A stretch of DNA of 54,212 nt from a bacterium (GCA_044868695.1 JBIOWP010000015.1:1-54212); one strand, 5' to 3'; numbered from the stretch's first letter, positions 8,905 through 19,252 are shown. The notes: generated by a model not told the origin, from the letters alone. Made by a program: numbers and translations.

Positions 8905-10059
8905 ATGACACAGGAAGCCGCGGCCCCTCAGCTCACCCCCGGTTCTCCCGAGCAGTGCGCGTTTGACCCCGCGGCGCTGCACGACGCCGGCCGGCTGCTT
9001 GCCGAAGGCGTCGAACGCGGCGTCTTTCCCGGCGCGGTTGCCCTCCTGGCCCGCCGCGGCCTCGTGGGGTGGCAGCACGTGGAGGGCCACGCGCAGCTGG
9101 TCCCGGCCCGCCGGGCGATGGCCCTCACCACCATCTTCGACCTGGCTTCCCTCACCAAGGTCCTGGCCACGCTGACCGTCACCCTGGCGTTTGCGCAGCG
9201 CGGACAGTTGGAGTTTGACGCCCCGGTCGCCTCGGTGCTCCCGGAGTTTTCGGATCAGGGGCGGGAGCGGGTCACCTTCCGGCATCTGCTCGCCCACACG
9301 TCGGGGCTGCCCGCCTGGCGCGCACTGTACCTGCGGACCACGCGCCGCGACGAGGTGCTCCCCGAACTCTGCGCGTTGCCCCTGGTGACGCCGCCGGGGA
9401 AGGCGGTCGAGTACTCGGATCCCGGCATCCTGCTGCTCGGCTTCGCGCTGGAACGGATCGCGGGACGGCGGCTGGACGCGCTGGTCGACGAAGATCTCAT
9501 CAATCCCCTCGGGCTCCGGGAGACGATGTTCACCCCGACGCGCGACTTGTGGCCTCGATGCGCGGCGACCGAGACCGGCCACGCATACGAGCAGGAGAAG
9601 ACGGGCCAGGAAGGGCGCAGGTTCCCCTGGCGCCGGGAGGTGCTCAGCGGCCAGGTCCACGACGGCAACGCGTATTACGCCATGGAGGGTGTCGCGGGCC
9701 ACGCGGGTCTGTTCTCTACTGCCTGGGAGGTGGCCACCATCGGCCATCAATGGCTGCGCCCAGGGACGCTGTTCTCCCCGGAACTGGCCCGCCAGGCCAC
9801 GAGTGACCAGCACCACGGCGCCGCGGGCTATCCGCGCGGGTTGGGGTGGGTGCTGCACCATGAGGGCACGTTTTTCGATGCGTTCGGCGCGCGCTCATTT
9901 GGCCACACGGGGTTCACCGGGACGTCCGTCGCGATCGATCCCGACGAGGACCTGGTCGCCGTACTGCTGACCAACCGCGTGCACCTCAGCGGAAACAACA
10001 CCAAGATCGTGGACTTCCGGCTGGAGTTCCACGCCGCGGTCCGGCGCATCCTCATCTGA
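8905..10059 (+). CDS. Serine hydrolase of the beta-lactamase/PBP family (AmiE/YbbE-like muramyl-peptide amidase candidate)
   Basis: FDLASLTK (SxxK), YSD, LLAHTSGL, VHDGNA and GHTGFTG motifs; directly upstream of nagZ. Confidence 0.88.
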   Translation: MTQEAAAPQLTPGSPEQCAFDPAALHDAGRLLAEGVERGVFPGAVALLARRGLVGWQHVEGHAQLVPARRAMALTTIFDLASLTKVLATLTVTLAFAQRGQLEFDAPVASVLPEFSDQGRERVTFRHLLAHTSGLPAWRALYLRTTRRDEVLPELCALPLVTPPGKAVEYSDPGILLLGFALERIAGRRLDALVDEDLINPLGLRETMFTPTRDLWPRCAATETGHAYEQEKTGQEGRRFPWRREVLSGQVHDGNAYYAMEGVAGHAGLFSTAWEVATIGHQWLRPGTLFSPELARQATSDQHHGAAGYPRGLGWVLHHEGTFFDAFGARSFGHTGFTGTSVAIDPDEDLVAVLLTNRVHLSGNNTKIVDFRLEFHAAVRRILI

Positions 10060-11583
10060 ATGACGCCCGCCGCCGATCTTGTCGGAGCGCACTTCGTCGT
10101 TGACTTTTCCGGCCCCGAGGTCACCCCTGAGGTGGAGCGCCTCATCCGGGAGGGGCGCATCGGCGGCGTGATCCTATTCGGCAAGAACGTCAGATCGGTC
10201 GCGCAGGTGCGCATCCTGACATCGGATCTCCAGCGTCTGGCCGCGGAGGCGGGGCTGCCCGCCCTGCTCATCACGGTCGATCAGGAAGGCGGCATCGTCA
10301 ACCGGTTTACCGAGGAGTTCACCGTGTTCCCGAGCGCCATGGCGATCGGGGCCACGGGGCGGGTGGAGGACGCCGCGGCGGCCGGTCGCATCACCGGTGT
10401 AGAGCTGCGGGCGCTAGGGATCAATGCGAACCACGCGCCCGTCCTGGATGTGAACAGCAACGCGGACAACCCCGTGATCGGCGTGCGCGCATTCGGTGAC
10501 GACCCTGCCGACGTCGCCCGCCTCGGCATCGCGTACATCCAGGCGGCGCAGGGCGCCGGCGTCCTCACGACGGCCAAGCACTTCCCGGGACACGGCGCGA
10601 CGGCGGTCGACTCCCACGTGGACCTGCCCGTGGTCGCCAGGGATCTCCAGGCGATGCGCCGGGAGGAGCTCGCGCCGTTTGTGGAGGCCGTGCGCGCCGG
10701 GGCGGATGGCATCCTGGCCGCGCACGTCGTCTACTCCGCGTTCGATCCCGCGCGCCCCGCCACCCTGTCGAGCCGGATCATGACGACCCTGCTGAGAGGC
10801 GAGTTGAATTTTGACGGCGTGGCGTTCACGGACTCGATGGCGATGAGCGCGATCACGGATCGCTGGCCGCGCGGGACCGCAGCGGTGGCCGCGCTCGCGG
10901 CCGGGAACGACGTCGTGCTGGCATGCGGCCGCCCCGACGCGCAGTGGGCGTCCATCGAGGCCGCGCGCCGCGCGGTCGAGGACGGGACGCTGGATGCCGC
11001 CGCGCTGCAGACGTCCGCCGACAGGATCGCGCGGGTCCGGGCTCGCTATGCGGCGGCAGGGACGGATGGCGCGACCGGCACCGAATCCCACCGGCAGGCG
11101 GCGCAGGAGATCGCGGACCGGGCCGTCACGCTCGTGCGCAGCCAGGCAGGGCGGATCCCGCTCCCGCCCGGGCGCACGGCCGTGCTCCCGGTCGGCAGCG
11201 ACGAATGGGTAGCCACGCCCCCGCGGCTGGGCCCGGAACTGGCAGGCCTCATGCCGGGCGTGACGGTCGCCTCCGGCGTCGGCGAGATCGCGGACCGCGC
11301 CTGGGACAACGTGGTGGTGGTCAGCCTGTCCTGGCGCGCCTACGCCGGCGTGCCGGTGATCCAGGAACTGCAGCGGCAGTTCGGGGAGCACCTGGTGGTC
11401 GTCGGGGCCGGCAACCCGTACGAACTCCTCCGCATCCCCGAGATCGACACCTATCTCGCCGCGTATGGCCCCGATCCTGCCAGCATGCGCGCCGCTGCCA
11501 GGGTGCTCTGCGGAACTCTCGATCCCACCGGTCGCCTTCCGGTTGCCCTCCCGGGGCTCTACCCGCGCGGGCACGCGGCGTGA
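10060..11583 (+). CDS. nagZ: GH3 beta-N-acetylglucosaminidase
   Basis: DQEGG, KHFPGHG...DSH catalytic loop, TDSMAM nucleophile, C-terminal GH3 domain. Confidence 0.92.
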   Translation: MTPAADLVGAHFVVDFSGPEVTPEVERLIREGRIGGVILFGKNVRSVAQVRILTSDLQRLAAEAGLPALLITVDQEGGIVNRFTEEFTVFPSAMAIGATGRVEDAAAAGRITGVELRALGINANHAPVLDVNSNADNPVIGVRAFGDDPADVARLGIAYIQAAQGAGVLTTAKHFPGHGATAVDSHVDLPVVARDLQAMRREELAPFVEAVRAGADGILAAHVVYSAFDPARPATLSSRIMTTLLRGELNFDGVAFTDSMAMSAITDRWPRGTAAVAALAAGNDVVLACGRPDAQWASIEAARRAVEDGTLDAAALQTSADRIARVRARYAAAGTDGATGTESHRQAAQEIADRAVTLVRSQAGRIPLPPGRTAVLPVGSDEWVATPPRLGPELAGLMPGVTVASGVGEIADRAWDNVVVVSLSWRAYAGVPVIQELQRQFGEHLVVVGAGNPYELLRIPEIDTYLAAYGPDPASMRAAARVLCGTLDPTGRLPVALPGLYPRGHAA

Positions 11584-11696
11584 CGCAAACTCGAAAAGAG
11601 GGGAACGAGGGACGGGAAAATGCTGGGAACAAACAGGAAAGGGTATCATCGTAGGGAGGAGAAGGGCGCGGGGAGTCTCGGCATGGAGGTACAGGG

Positions 11697-12947
11697 ATGA
11701 CGCAGTGGTGGGTGCGCGGTGCCGTCTCGGTCGGGGTCACCCTGATCCTGGCAGTGACCGGGCTGGCCGCGCCGCAGACACAGCTGGAGTTCTGGACGAT
11801 TTCCCTGCAGCCGTTCTTCACCGACTATGTGAACGGTTTGGTGGCCGGCTACCAGCGGGCGCATCCGGGCGTGCAGGTCAAGTGGATCGACGTCCAGTTC
11901 CAAGCCATCGAGCAAAAGCTGCTGGCCGCGATCGCCGGCGGTGTCCCGCCCGATGTGGTCAATCTGAACGTGGAGTTCACGGCACGGATCGCTGAGCGGG
12001 GAGCGCTCGCGGACATGGACGCCACCGTGCCGGCAGCGGAGCGGGCGAAATATTTCGACGGGCTGTGGGCGTCGAGCCGGTTTCGGGGCCGGAGTTACGG
12101 TATCCCCTGGTACATCGCCCCGCCGGTCCTGATCTATAACAGCGAGCTGTTTAAGAGGGCGGGCTTGAACCCGCTGGAGCCGCCGGCGACCGAAGCGGCG
12201 ATGATCGACGCGGCGCGGCGCATCAAGGATCGCGCACAGGTGTACGGGTTCATGCCCCCGCTGGACGGCACGCGCCTGATGCACCAGTTTCTCGAGAACG
12301 GACTCCCCGTGTTGAGCGCGGACGGCCGGCGGGCCGTCTTCAACTCTGCGGCGCACGTCGCGTATCTGCAAACCTACGTGGACCTGTTCGGCAAGGACTA
12401 CTTCCCGGACGACACGCTGCGCCGCGGGTTCACGGGCGCGGTCGAGCGCTACAGCGCCGGGCAGCTCGGCATGCTGCTGGTGGGACCGCAGTTCCTGCTG
12501 CGGATCAAAGAGAGCAATCCGGAAGTGTACGCGAAGACGTTTGTCGCGCCGTACCCGATGGGCAAGGGCCGGGTAATCCACGCGCCCCTGATGGCGCTTG
12601 CGGTGCCGAAGGCGAGCGCGCATCAGCAGGAGGCGGCGAAGTTCGCGCTCTTTGTGACCAGTGATGAGAACCAGCTCGCGTTCTCGAAATTGAGCGTCAT
12701 CTTCCCCTCGACGAAGAAAGCGGCCGCCGACCCGTACTTTAAGCAGCCGGGCGCCGGCCCGGAGTGGAAGGCGCGGACGATCGCGGCCCGGGAGCTGCAG
12801 TACGGGCGCGATCTCACGGTCGTCGTGCCCAACCAGAGCGAGCTGCACAAAATCTTCCGCGAGGCCGTGGAGAGCGCGTTCTTTGGGAAGCTGAGCCCGA
12901 AAGCAGCGCTGGATTGGGCCGTGCGGGAGTGGAATGCCAGGCTGTAG
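11697..12947 (+). CDS. Carbohydrate ABC transporter substrate-binding protein
   Basis: Signal peptide; AGGVPPDVV, YGIPWY and YNSELFKRAGL motifs. Confidence 0.9.
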   Translation: MTQWWVRGAVSVGVTLILAVTGLAAPQTQLEFWTISLQPFFTDYVNGLVAGYQRAHPGVQVKWIDVQFQAIEQKLLAAIAGGVPPDVVNLNVEFTARIAERGALADMDATVPAAERAKYFDGLWASSRFRGRSYGIPWYIAPPVLIYNSELFKRAGLNPLEPPATEAAMIDAARRIKDRAQVYGFMPPLDGTRLMHQFLENGLPVLSADGRRAVFNSAAHVAYLQTYVDLFGKDYFPDDTLRRGFTGAVERYSAGQLGMLLVGPQFLLRIKESNPEVYAKTFVAPYPMGKGRVIHAPLMALAVPKASAHQQEAAKFALFVTSDENQLAFSKLSVIFPSTKKAAADPYFKQPGAGPEWKARTIAARELQYGRDLTVVVPNQSELHKIFREAVESAFFGKLSPKAALDWAVREWNARL

Positions 12948-15177
12948 GGTCCCGGCGGTCCTTGTTGTTCTGGCGCTGGCGGCGGCCGCCTGGATGGTGC
13001 CGGCCGGTGGCGCCCCGGGGCGGTTCCTGCCCGGTGCCTTCGTCCCTCCCTCGCCGCCGCTCGACTTGCTGCCCGTTCCGAAAGACGTCCAGTGGGGGAG
13101 CGGAGAGTTTGCGATAACCCCCTCGACCCGGATCATCGTCGGCAGCGAGGCGGCGGACGAGGATCTCTTTGCCGCACGCGAGCTGAACGAGGCGCTGCGC
13201 GAGCGCACCGGCACGGCGCTGGACGTCGTGCGCGCGAGAGAGATCGCGGATCCCACCGGCCACATTGTGCTTGGGGAGCGGGAGTCCAACCCTCATCTCC
13301 AGAGCGCCGGACCCACTCCGCTGCCGCGGCCGGCTCGCCCGGAAGAGTATCTCCTGCGCGTGACCCCGGCGGGGATCGTGGTGCTCGGAGCCGACCGGCG
13401 CGGGACGTTTGACGGCGTGCAGACGCTCCGCCAGCTCCTGCGCCCTATACCGGATGGTCCGGGGCGGCCTCCCGGAGCGACCCTGGCGGTTGCGCGTGCG
13501 GTGACCGTCCGCGACTGGCCGGATCACATGGTGCGGGCGGTCCATCTGCTGCTGGACGGCGCCTCGGTGGAATTCCACGCCGCCTTGATCGATCGCATCC
13601 TGGCTCCCTACAAGTTCAACACCGTGCTGCTGGAAGCAGAGGACATCCAGTGGGAGAGCGGGCGGCCGTTCTGGCGTCCCGATCCGCGCGGGGCGACGAA
13701 GGTCCAGATCCAGCACCTGCTGGAGGTCGCGCGGCAGCATCACATCCAGGTCATTCCGCTGATTGCTACGCTTGGACACAGCGAGTGGGTCTTCGCCGGG
13801 CTGCAGGATGAGGCGCTGTGCGCACAGGTCGCATACGTTCCCGCGCAGGTGCGGGAAGAGGGCAAGACGCAGGTGACCTGCGACCGGGCGCGGGGCGTCT
13901 ACCCCGCGGTCTATGACCCGGTGCGCACGGTGACGATCGACGGCACCGCGACGACCCTGAACGACGCCCTGATCTTCCCGATCTTGCGGGAGGCCGTCCA
14001 GCTGTTCCGGCCCGTGTATCTGCATCTCGGGCACGACGAGGTCCGCGGCCCCTCCGGGTCACGCTACGACATAGACCTGTACCTACAGGACATCATTACG
14101 CTCTCTCAGTTTCTGCGGGCGTCCGGTGTGCGGCCGATGGTCTGGGGTGACGTGCTCTGGGACCGCCGGACGGAGGCGGCCGCCGAGCCGCTGTTCCGGG
14201 AGCTGCCGCGGGACCTGGCCATCGTGCCCTGGAAATACGAAGACGTCTCAGAGTATCCGGAGGTCGCGTATTTCCGCAACGCTGGATTCCCGGTGCTGGG
14301 TGCGACGTGGTACCGCCTCTACAACACCTACCGGTTCAGCCGCGCAGCGAAGGCGGCCGACGCGATGGGCATGATTCGAACCACGTGGACGGGCCGCTTC
14401 CAAAGCCGGGCGGCATTGACCCGCGCGTACCAGCAGCTCTATACGTATCTGAGCGCCGCAGCCTACTTCTGGACGTCAGACCGGCCGGCACCGGACCGCG
14501 CGCCGACGGAAGCCGAACTGGCCCGCCGGTTCGCCGAAAGCTGGCGGGTGAGCACGCGCGCGTCCGGGGCGATCCCCGGTACCTTGGTAGACCTGGGGGG
14601 CGCTGCCACGGCGCGGCACATCGATGACGACGGCACCGGGTGGCTGGGCAAGGGGCCGGAGTACGACCTGCGCGCGGTGGGGACCGGCCGCCAGCGCTTC
14701 GGCGGAGTGCTGTTTGAGATCCTGGACCCCCGGCTCAACAACCGCAAGAGCGTCGTGATGCTTCGGGGCGAGCGCGATGTGGCCGCCGATCTGCCCCAGC
14801 GCGTCACGATCCCGTGGCGCGGTCAGGCGGGTTGCCTGGTGTTCCTGCACACCGCGCTGGACCGGGCGGTCGGGTTCGGCGACATCATCGGGCGCTACAC
14901 CGTTACGCTCGCCGGCGGCCGCCGGGATGCGATCGATTTGCGCTACGGCCGGGAGATCGCCGCCTGGCTGTGGGACGCGGAGCGGGGGCTTGCGTCCATT
15001 GAACAGGACGTGGCGTGGTCGGGTACCACCCGCGCCGGGAACGACGTGCAGTTGCAGATGCTGCGCTGGAAGAACCCGCAGCCGGACGAGATGGTGGAGT
15101 CGATTGAGCTGGCCAGCGCAGGAGGCCGCGCAAGCCCCGTCGTGTTCGCCATCACGGCGCTGGAACGATGCCCGTGA
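12934..15177 (+). CDS. Secreted GH20-family beta-N-acetylhexosaminidase with C-terminal beta-sandwich domain
   Basis: Signal peptide; LLPVPK, EEYLLRV and DWPD N-domain motifs; catalytic HLGHDEV; MVWGD. Confidence 0.85.
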   Translation: MPGCRVPAVLVVLALAAAAWMVPAGGAPGRFLPGAFVPPSPPLDLLPVPKDVQWGSGEFAITPSTRIIVGSEAADEDLFAARELNEALRERTGTALDVVRAREIADPTGHIVLGERESNPHLQSAGPTPLPRPARPEEYLLRVTPAGIVVLGADRRGTFDGVQTLRQLLRPIPDGPGRPPGATLAVARAVTVRDWPDHMVRAVHLLLDGASVEFHAALIDRILAPYKFNTVLLEAEDIQWESGRPFWRPDPRGATKVQIQHLLEVARQHHIQVIPLIATLGHSEWVFAGLQDEALCAQVAYVPAQVREEGKTQVTCDRARGVYPAVYDPVRTVTIDGTATTLNDALIFPILREAVQLFRPVYLHLGHDEVRGPSGSRYDIDLYLQDIITLSQFLRASGVRPMVWGDVLWDRRTEAAAEPLFRELPRDLAIVPWKYEDVSEYPEVAYFRNAGFPVLGATWYRLYNTYRFSRAAKAADAMGMIRTTWTGRFQSRAALTRAYQQLYTYLSAAAYFWTSDRPAPDRAPTEAELARRFAESWRVSTRASGAIPGTLVDLGGAATARHIDDDGTGWLGKGPEYDLRAVGTGRQRFGGVLFEILDPRLNNRKSVVMLRGERDVAADLPQRVTIPWRGQAGCLVFLHTALDRAVGFGDIIGRYTVTLAGGRRDAIDLRYGREIAAWLWDAERGLASIEQDVAWSGTTRAGNDVQLQMLRWKNPQPDEMVESIELASAGGRASPVVFAITALERCP

Positions 15178-16046
15178 GGCCACGGACAACCCTGATCGCC
15201 TATCTCTTCCTGCTCCCCGCCCTGGTCCTGCTCGCGGTCTTCACGTTCTATCCTGTCCTCTACGGGACCGTCCTCAGCCTGTTTGAATACGACCTCATCA
15301 ACCCGCCGCGCTATGTCGGCTGGCGCCAGTTCCAGCGCCTGTGGTCCGACCGTTACTTCTGGATTGCGTTGACCAATTCTGCGAAGTATGTGCTCGTGGT
15401 GCCGGTCATCCAGCTGTGTTCCATCCTCCTGGCGGTGCTGGTCAACCGCAGGCTGCGCGGCATCGGCGCCTTCCGCGCCGCCTACTACATCCCGGTCATT
15501 ACGTCCTGGCCGGTTGCCGGCATCATGTGGACCTGGATGTACGATCAGCAGGGGATCGTGAACTGGGTGCTGCGCGGTCTGGACGTCATTGCCCGGCCCA
15601 TCTCCTGGCTCAGCCATCCGACGATCACGCTGTACGCGGTGATGTTCGTGACGCTGTGGAAAGGCCTCGGCTGGTACATGGTGATTTACCTGGCCGGCCT
15701 GCAGGCCATCCCCGCCGAATACGAGGAGGCCGCGATGATCGACGGCGCCTCGCGCAGCCGCGTCTTCCGGCACATCACCATCCCGCTGCTGCGGCCGTAC
15801 GTCCTGCTGGCGTCGCTCGTGTCCACGATGGCGGCCGTCAAGGTGTTTGAGGAGATCTACGTCATGACGCGCGGTGGGCCGTTTTTCAGCACGTACACAA
15901 TGTTCATGTACATCTTCGATCAGGCGTTTCAGGAGCTGAATATGGGTTATGCCGCCGCGCTGGCCGTGGTGCTGGCGGCGATCATCATGGTCTTTTCGGT
16001 GATCAACTTCCGCGTGTTCCGCCGGGGCGGGCTGGAATGGTACTAA
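15174..16046 (+). CDS. Carbohydrate ABC transporter permease
   Basis: YLFLLPAL and the EAA loop EEAAMIDGAS; GTGA overlap with the upstream gene. Confidence 0.93.
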   Translation: MRPRTTLIAYLFLLPALVLLAVFTFYPVLYGTVLSLFEYDLINPPRYVGWRQFQRLWSDRYFWIALTNSAKYVLVVPVIQLCSILLAVLVNRRLRGIGAFRAAYYIPVITSWPVAGIMWTWMYDQQGIVNWVLRGLDVIARPISWLSHPTITLYAVMFVTLWKGLGWYMVIYLAGLQAIPAEYEEAAMIDGASRSRVFRHITIPLLRPYVLLASLVSTMAAVKVFEEIYVMTRGGPFFSTYTMFMYIFDQAFQELNMGYAAALAVVLAAIIMVFSVINFRVFRRGGLEWY

Positions 16047-16867
16047 ATCGCGGGAACGCGATGCGAAGAGTTCTCATCTATGCAGTCCTGATTGCGCTGG
16101 CGGTGTTCACGACGTTTCCGTTTTTCTGGACGCTGCTCGTGTCGCTCCGGACGGCGGGGCCGATCTTCTCGATCCCGCCCGACCTGAGCGTAACCGGGCT
16201 GTCCGCCGCGAACTACGCCGGGGTGTGGGAGACGCTCCCGCTGCCCCGGTACGCGGCGAACAGCCTGTACATCGCGGTGATGGGTGTCGGCCTGACGCTG
16301 GCCATCTGCTCGCTGGCGGCCTACCCGCTGGCCCGCATGCAGTTCCCTGGGCGGAACGTGGTGTTCTACGCGATCCTCGCGACGTTGATCCTGCCGGAGC
16401 ACATCGGGCTGATCGTGAACTTCATCACGATGACCCGGCTGCGGCTGGTCGATACGTACGCGTCGGTGTACCTGCCGAGTATCGCCAGTATCTTCGGTAT
16501 CTTCCTCCTCCGGCAGGCCTACCTGTCCATCCCGCAGGAGTTAGAGGACGCCGCGCGGATCGACGGGGCCGGAGATCTGATGATCTGGTGGCGCATCATG
16601 CTGCCCCTCACCGTGCCGGCGCTGGCCACGCTGGCTATCTTCCAGTTCGTCGCGTTCTGGAACAGCTTTCTCTGGCCGATCATCATCCTCAAGACGCCCG
16701 ACAAATACCCCCTGGCCGCCGGACTGTTGTATCTGCGCGGGCTGTTTGCGTACAATACCCGCTACATTGCCGCGGGCACCGTGATCGCCACGCTGCCGAT
16801 TCTCGTGGCGTTCCTCTTCGCGCAGCGGTACTTCATGCGCGGGCTCACCGCAGGAGCCATCAAATAG
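16037..16867 (+). CDS. Carbohydrate ABC transporter permease
   Basis: LAAYPLAR, ELEDAARIDGA and WNSFLWP motifs; alternative start at 16061. Confidence 0.93.
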   Translation: MVLNRGNAMRRVLIYAVLIALAVFTTFPFFWTLLVSLRTAGPIFSIPPDLSVTGLSAANYAGVWETLPLPRYAANSLYIAVMGVGLTLAICSLAAYPLARMQFPGRNVVFYAILATLILPEHIGLIVNFITMTRLRLVDTYASVYLPSIASIFGIFLLRQAYLSIPQELEDAARIDGAGDLMIWWRIMLPLTVPALATLAIFQFVAFWNSFLWPIIILKTPDKYPLAAGLLYLRGLFAYNTRYIAAGTVIATLPILVAFLFAQRYFMRGLTAGAIK

Positions 16868-16868
16868 G

Positions 16869-18275
16869 ATGGCCGCGCCTGTTGTGCTGTTTGTCCCTGT
16901 GGACGACCGCCCGGTGACCCTGGACATGGTCGCCGGCCTCGGGCGGGCTGCCGGCGTGGATGTGCGCACCCCCGACCGGGCGGCGCTCGGCGACCGGTTT
17001 CGCGCCGGAGACGCGGAACGCGTGTGGGGGTGGTTGAAACGGGAGGCGGCCGGTGGCGCCGCCGCGCTCGTCGCCTCGGCGGAAATGGTGTGCTTCGGCG
17101 GACTGGTGGCATCGCGGAAGAGCCAGGCCACATTTGAAGAGGTGCAGCCCCTCCTGGAGCGGTTCTGCGGCCTGGCCGCCCGGATCCCCAGCTACGTGTC
17201 AGCCGTTATCCCGCGCACCCCGGCGCAGCCGACGGACGAGGATGCATCGTACTGGGCGACGGGCGACCGCGACGCGATGCAGCGCCATCGCCGCCGGCAC
17301 CTCCGGCTGAACGGCGAGCTGATCACCGCCGCGTCAGGCAGGGTGTTTCGCTACCTGCTGATCGGACAGGATGACACCTCGCCGGGCAGCCCGTCGCAGG
17401 CCGATCGCGACACACTCGAGGCGCAGGCCGGCGCGCTGTCCACCACGAACGTGCTGCTCACCAGCGGGACCGACGAACTCAACGCGCGGCTGCTGGCCCG
17501 GTGGCTGAACGACCTCACCGGCACGGCGCCCGCCGTCCAGGTCCTGTATACGTATCCGGAGACGATTGAGGAAATCCCGCGATACGAAGCCCTCCCGCTG
17601 GGGCACACCGTCGGCGAGCACGTGCGCAGCACGGGATGCCGCCGCGACGGCGACGATGCGGAGATTTTGCTCTGGGTGCACAACTTCGAAGATCACCAAC
17701 AAGAGGCTGCCTCGCAGACCGGCGTGCTCGATGCCGGCAGGGTCGACGCCGTCCTGGACGTCGTGCGGGACGCGGTGCGCCGCGGGCGCGTTGCCGCGCT
17801 GGCCGATGTGCGTTTCGCCAACGGTGCGGACCGGGCGCTCGTGGCCCGGCTGCTGGAGGAGCCCCAGTTTGCCGGCATCGCCGCGTACGCCGGCTGGAAC
17901 ACGTCCTCGAACAGTCTGGGGTCCGTCCTCGCGTCCGCAACGGTGGCCCACCATCTGCGCGCCGGCGCGGTCCCCGGCGACGACCGGAGCTACCGGCAGG
18001 CGCTGCTGACCCGCATTATGGATGACTGGGGATATCAGGCCATCGTCCGCCCCCAACTCACCCGGTGGGTGGATGAGCGCGGGGGAAGCGCGGGAGACCT
18101 CGGCCGGAACGAGTCGACGCTGGAGGCGATGGCCTTGGAGCAATTCCGCGGCGAGGTCCTGCCCGCGCTCCGGCGGTCCTTTCCAGATGCGCCGCCAGCC
18201 CTGCGCCGCGCCACCTTCCCGTGGCACCGGTTGTTCGAAATCCGCCTGGAGTTAGAGGGAGCTCCATTACTGTAA
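16869..18275 (+). CDS. DUF4127 family protein
   Basis: PVDDRP, GGLVASR, GQDD, GTDE, NGAD, YAGWNTSSNSLG, DDWGYQ and PWHRLFE motifs. Confidence 0.85.
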   Translation: MAAPVVLFVPVDDRPVTLDMVAGLGRAAGVDVRTPDRAALGDRFRAGDAERVWGWLKREAAGGAAALVASAEMVCFGGLVASRKSQATFEEVQPLLERFCGLAARIPSYVSAVIPRTPAQPTDEDASYWATGDRDAMQRHRRRHLRLNGELITAASGRVFRYLLIGQDDTSPGSPSQADRDTLEAQAGALSTTNVLLTSGTDELNARLLARWLNDLTGTAPAVQVLYTYPETIEEIPRYEALPLGHTVGEHVRSTGCRRDGDDAEILLWVHNFEDHQQEAASQTGVLDAGRVDAVLDVVRDAVRRGRVAALADVRFANGADRALVARLLEEPQFAGIAAYAGWNTSSNSLGSVLASATVAHHLRAGAVPGDDRSYRQALLTRIMDDWGYQAIVRPQLTRWVDERGGSAGDLGRNESTLEAMALEQFRGEVLPALRRSFPDAPPALRRATFPWHRLFEIRLELEGAPLL

Positions 18276-18310
18276 GGGGGGCCGGAGGGCGGCGATCAGT
18301 CATCGCCTTC

Positions 18311-19252
18311 TCATGGCCAGCGGCCGGCGTCTCGAAGGACGCGAAGGGCGCGAAGCGTAACCCACTCGTTCGGTCCGCGGCGTCCCCAGTCGACGACCTC
18401 GACGTTGGATCCCCGGCTACCCGGAGGCTTCCAATGATAGCCGTCCGCCCGCCACATGCCGTCGGCGCGGCGTTTCGCGAGGACCAGGTCCAGCGCCTCC
18501 CCGGTTCTCGCGTCGCCTACCTTGCCGAGCCGTGAGAGAACCCAGAGTCCCTGCAAGACATCGTAATGCCAGTACGGCGGAAACCGGAACCGCAGCCAAT
18601 CGTGGTGGATCACGTCCCCGGTTCTGTCCGAGCGGAACAGGCGGTGTCGCAGGAGAAACTCTGCCGCCCGGTCTGCCGCGCGGAGCGCGTCGGAGCTGGC
18701 GGTGGCACGATGATACTCCGCCAGTCCCCACAGCGCACCGTGAGTTTCATGAAAGGAGCTGTGCCGGGTCTCCGGGCGTCGGTCACAGTTCCAACCGCCG
18801 TCGGGCCACTGCCACTGGATGAGGCAATCCACCAGACGCCTCGCCGGAGCCAGTCTGGCCAGGCCTAACAGACTCACCGCCGCCAGAGTGTAGCCCTCCT
18901 GTGTGGCGTGGGCGCGGACGAGGCCGTTGATTTCGACAGGGCCGGAGGTCCCGGCGCGGGTCGGACCGTCGAGCCACGCGAAAACATGATCGGCGAGCGC
19001 GCGGACCCGCCGGTCGCCTGGCGGCATCGCCGCTTCGGCCAGAGCAACCAACCTCCAAAACCCACCGGCCCACTTCGAATATGCGTGAATGCCGAATCCC
19101 CCGTCATGCCGCTGTCCCGCAAGCAGGCGGCGGATCCTGTTCCCACGGGGAATGGCCCGTCTGGCCGCGACAACGTGAGGGTTGTTCGAGGACTGACGCA
19201 GCACTTCCGTGAGCACAAGGTACACTACGGATGGGTCGCTCGACTGAACCAA
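18311..19252 (-). CDS. Conserved alpha/alpha-barrel (prenyltransferase/squalene-cyclase-like) hypothetical protein; start uncertain
   Basis: QWPDGGWNC, HSSFHET, FRFPPYWHYDVL and WVTLRALRVL motifs. Confidence 0.78.
   Translation of the reverse strand: MVQSSDPSVVYLVLTEVLRQSSNNPHVVAARRAIPRGNRIRRLLAGQRHDGGFGIHAYSKWAGGFWRLVALAEAAMPPGDRRVRALADHVFAWLDGPTRAGTSGPVEINGLVRAHATQEGYTLAAVSLLGLARLAPARRLVDCLIQWQWPDGGWNCDRRPETRHSSFHETHGALWGLAEYHRATASSDALRAADRAAEFLLRHRLFRSDRTGDVIHHDWLRFRFPPYWHYDVLQGLWVLSRLGKVGDARTGEALDLVLAKRRADGMWRADGYHWKPPGSRGSNVEVVDWGRRGPNEWVTLRALRVLRDAGRWP

Noticed and set aside
8833..9861. 875-aa ORF 7234..9861 as one fusion protein
   Set aside because: The extension is the antisense shadow of the serine hydrolase; the SD and signal peptide mark the real start near 8829
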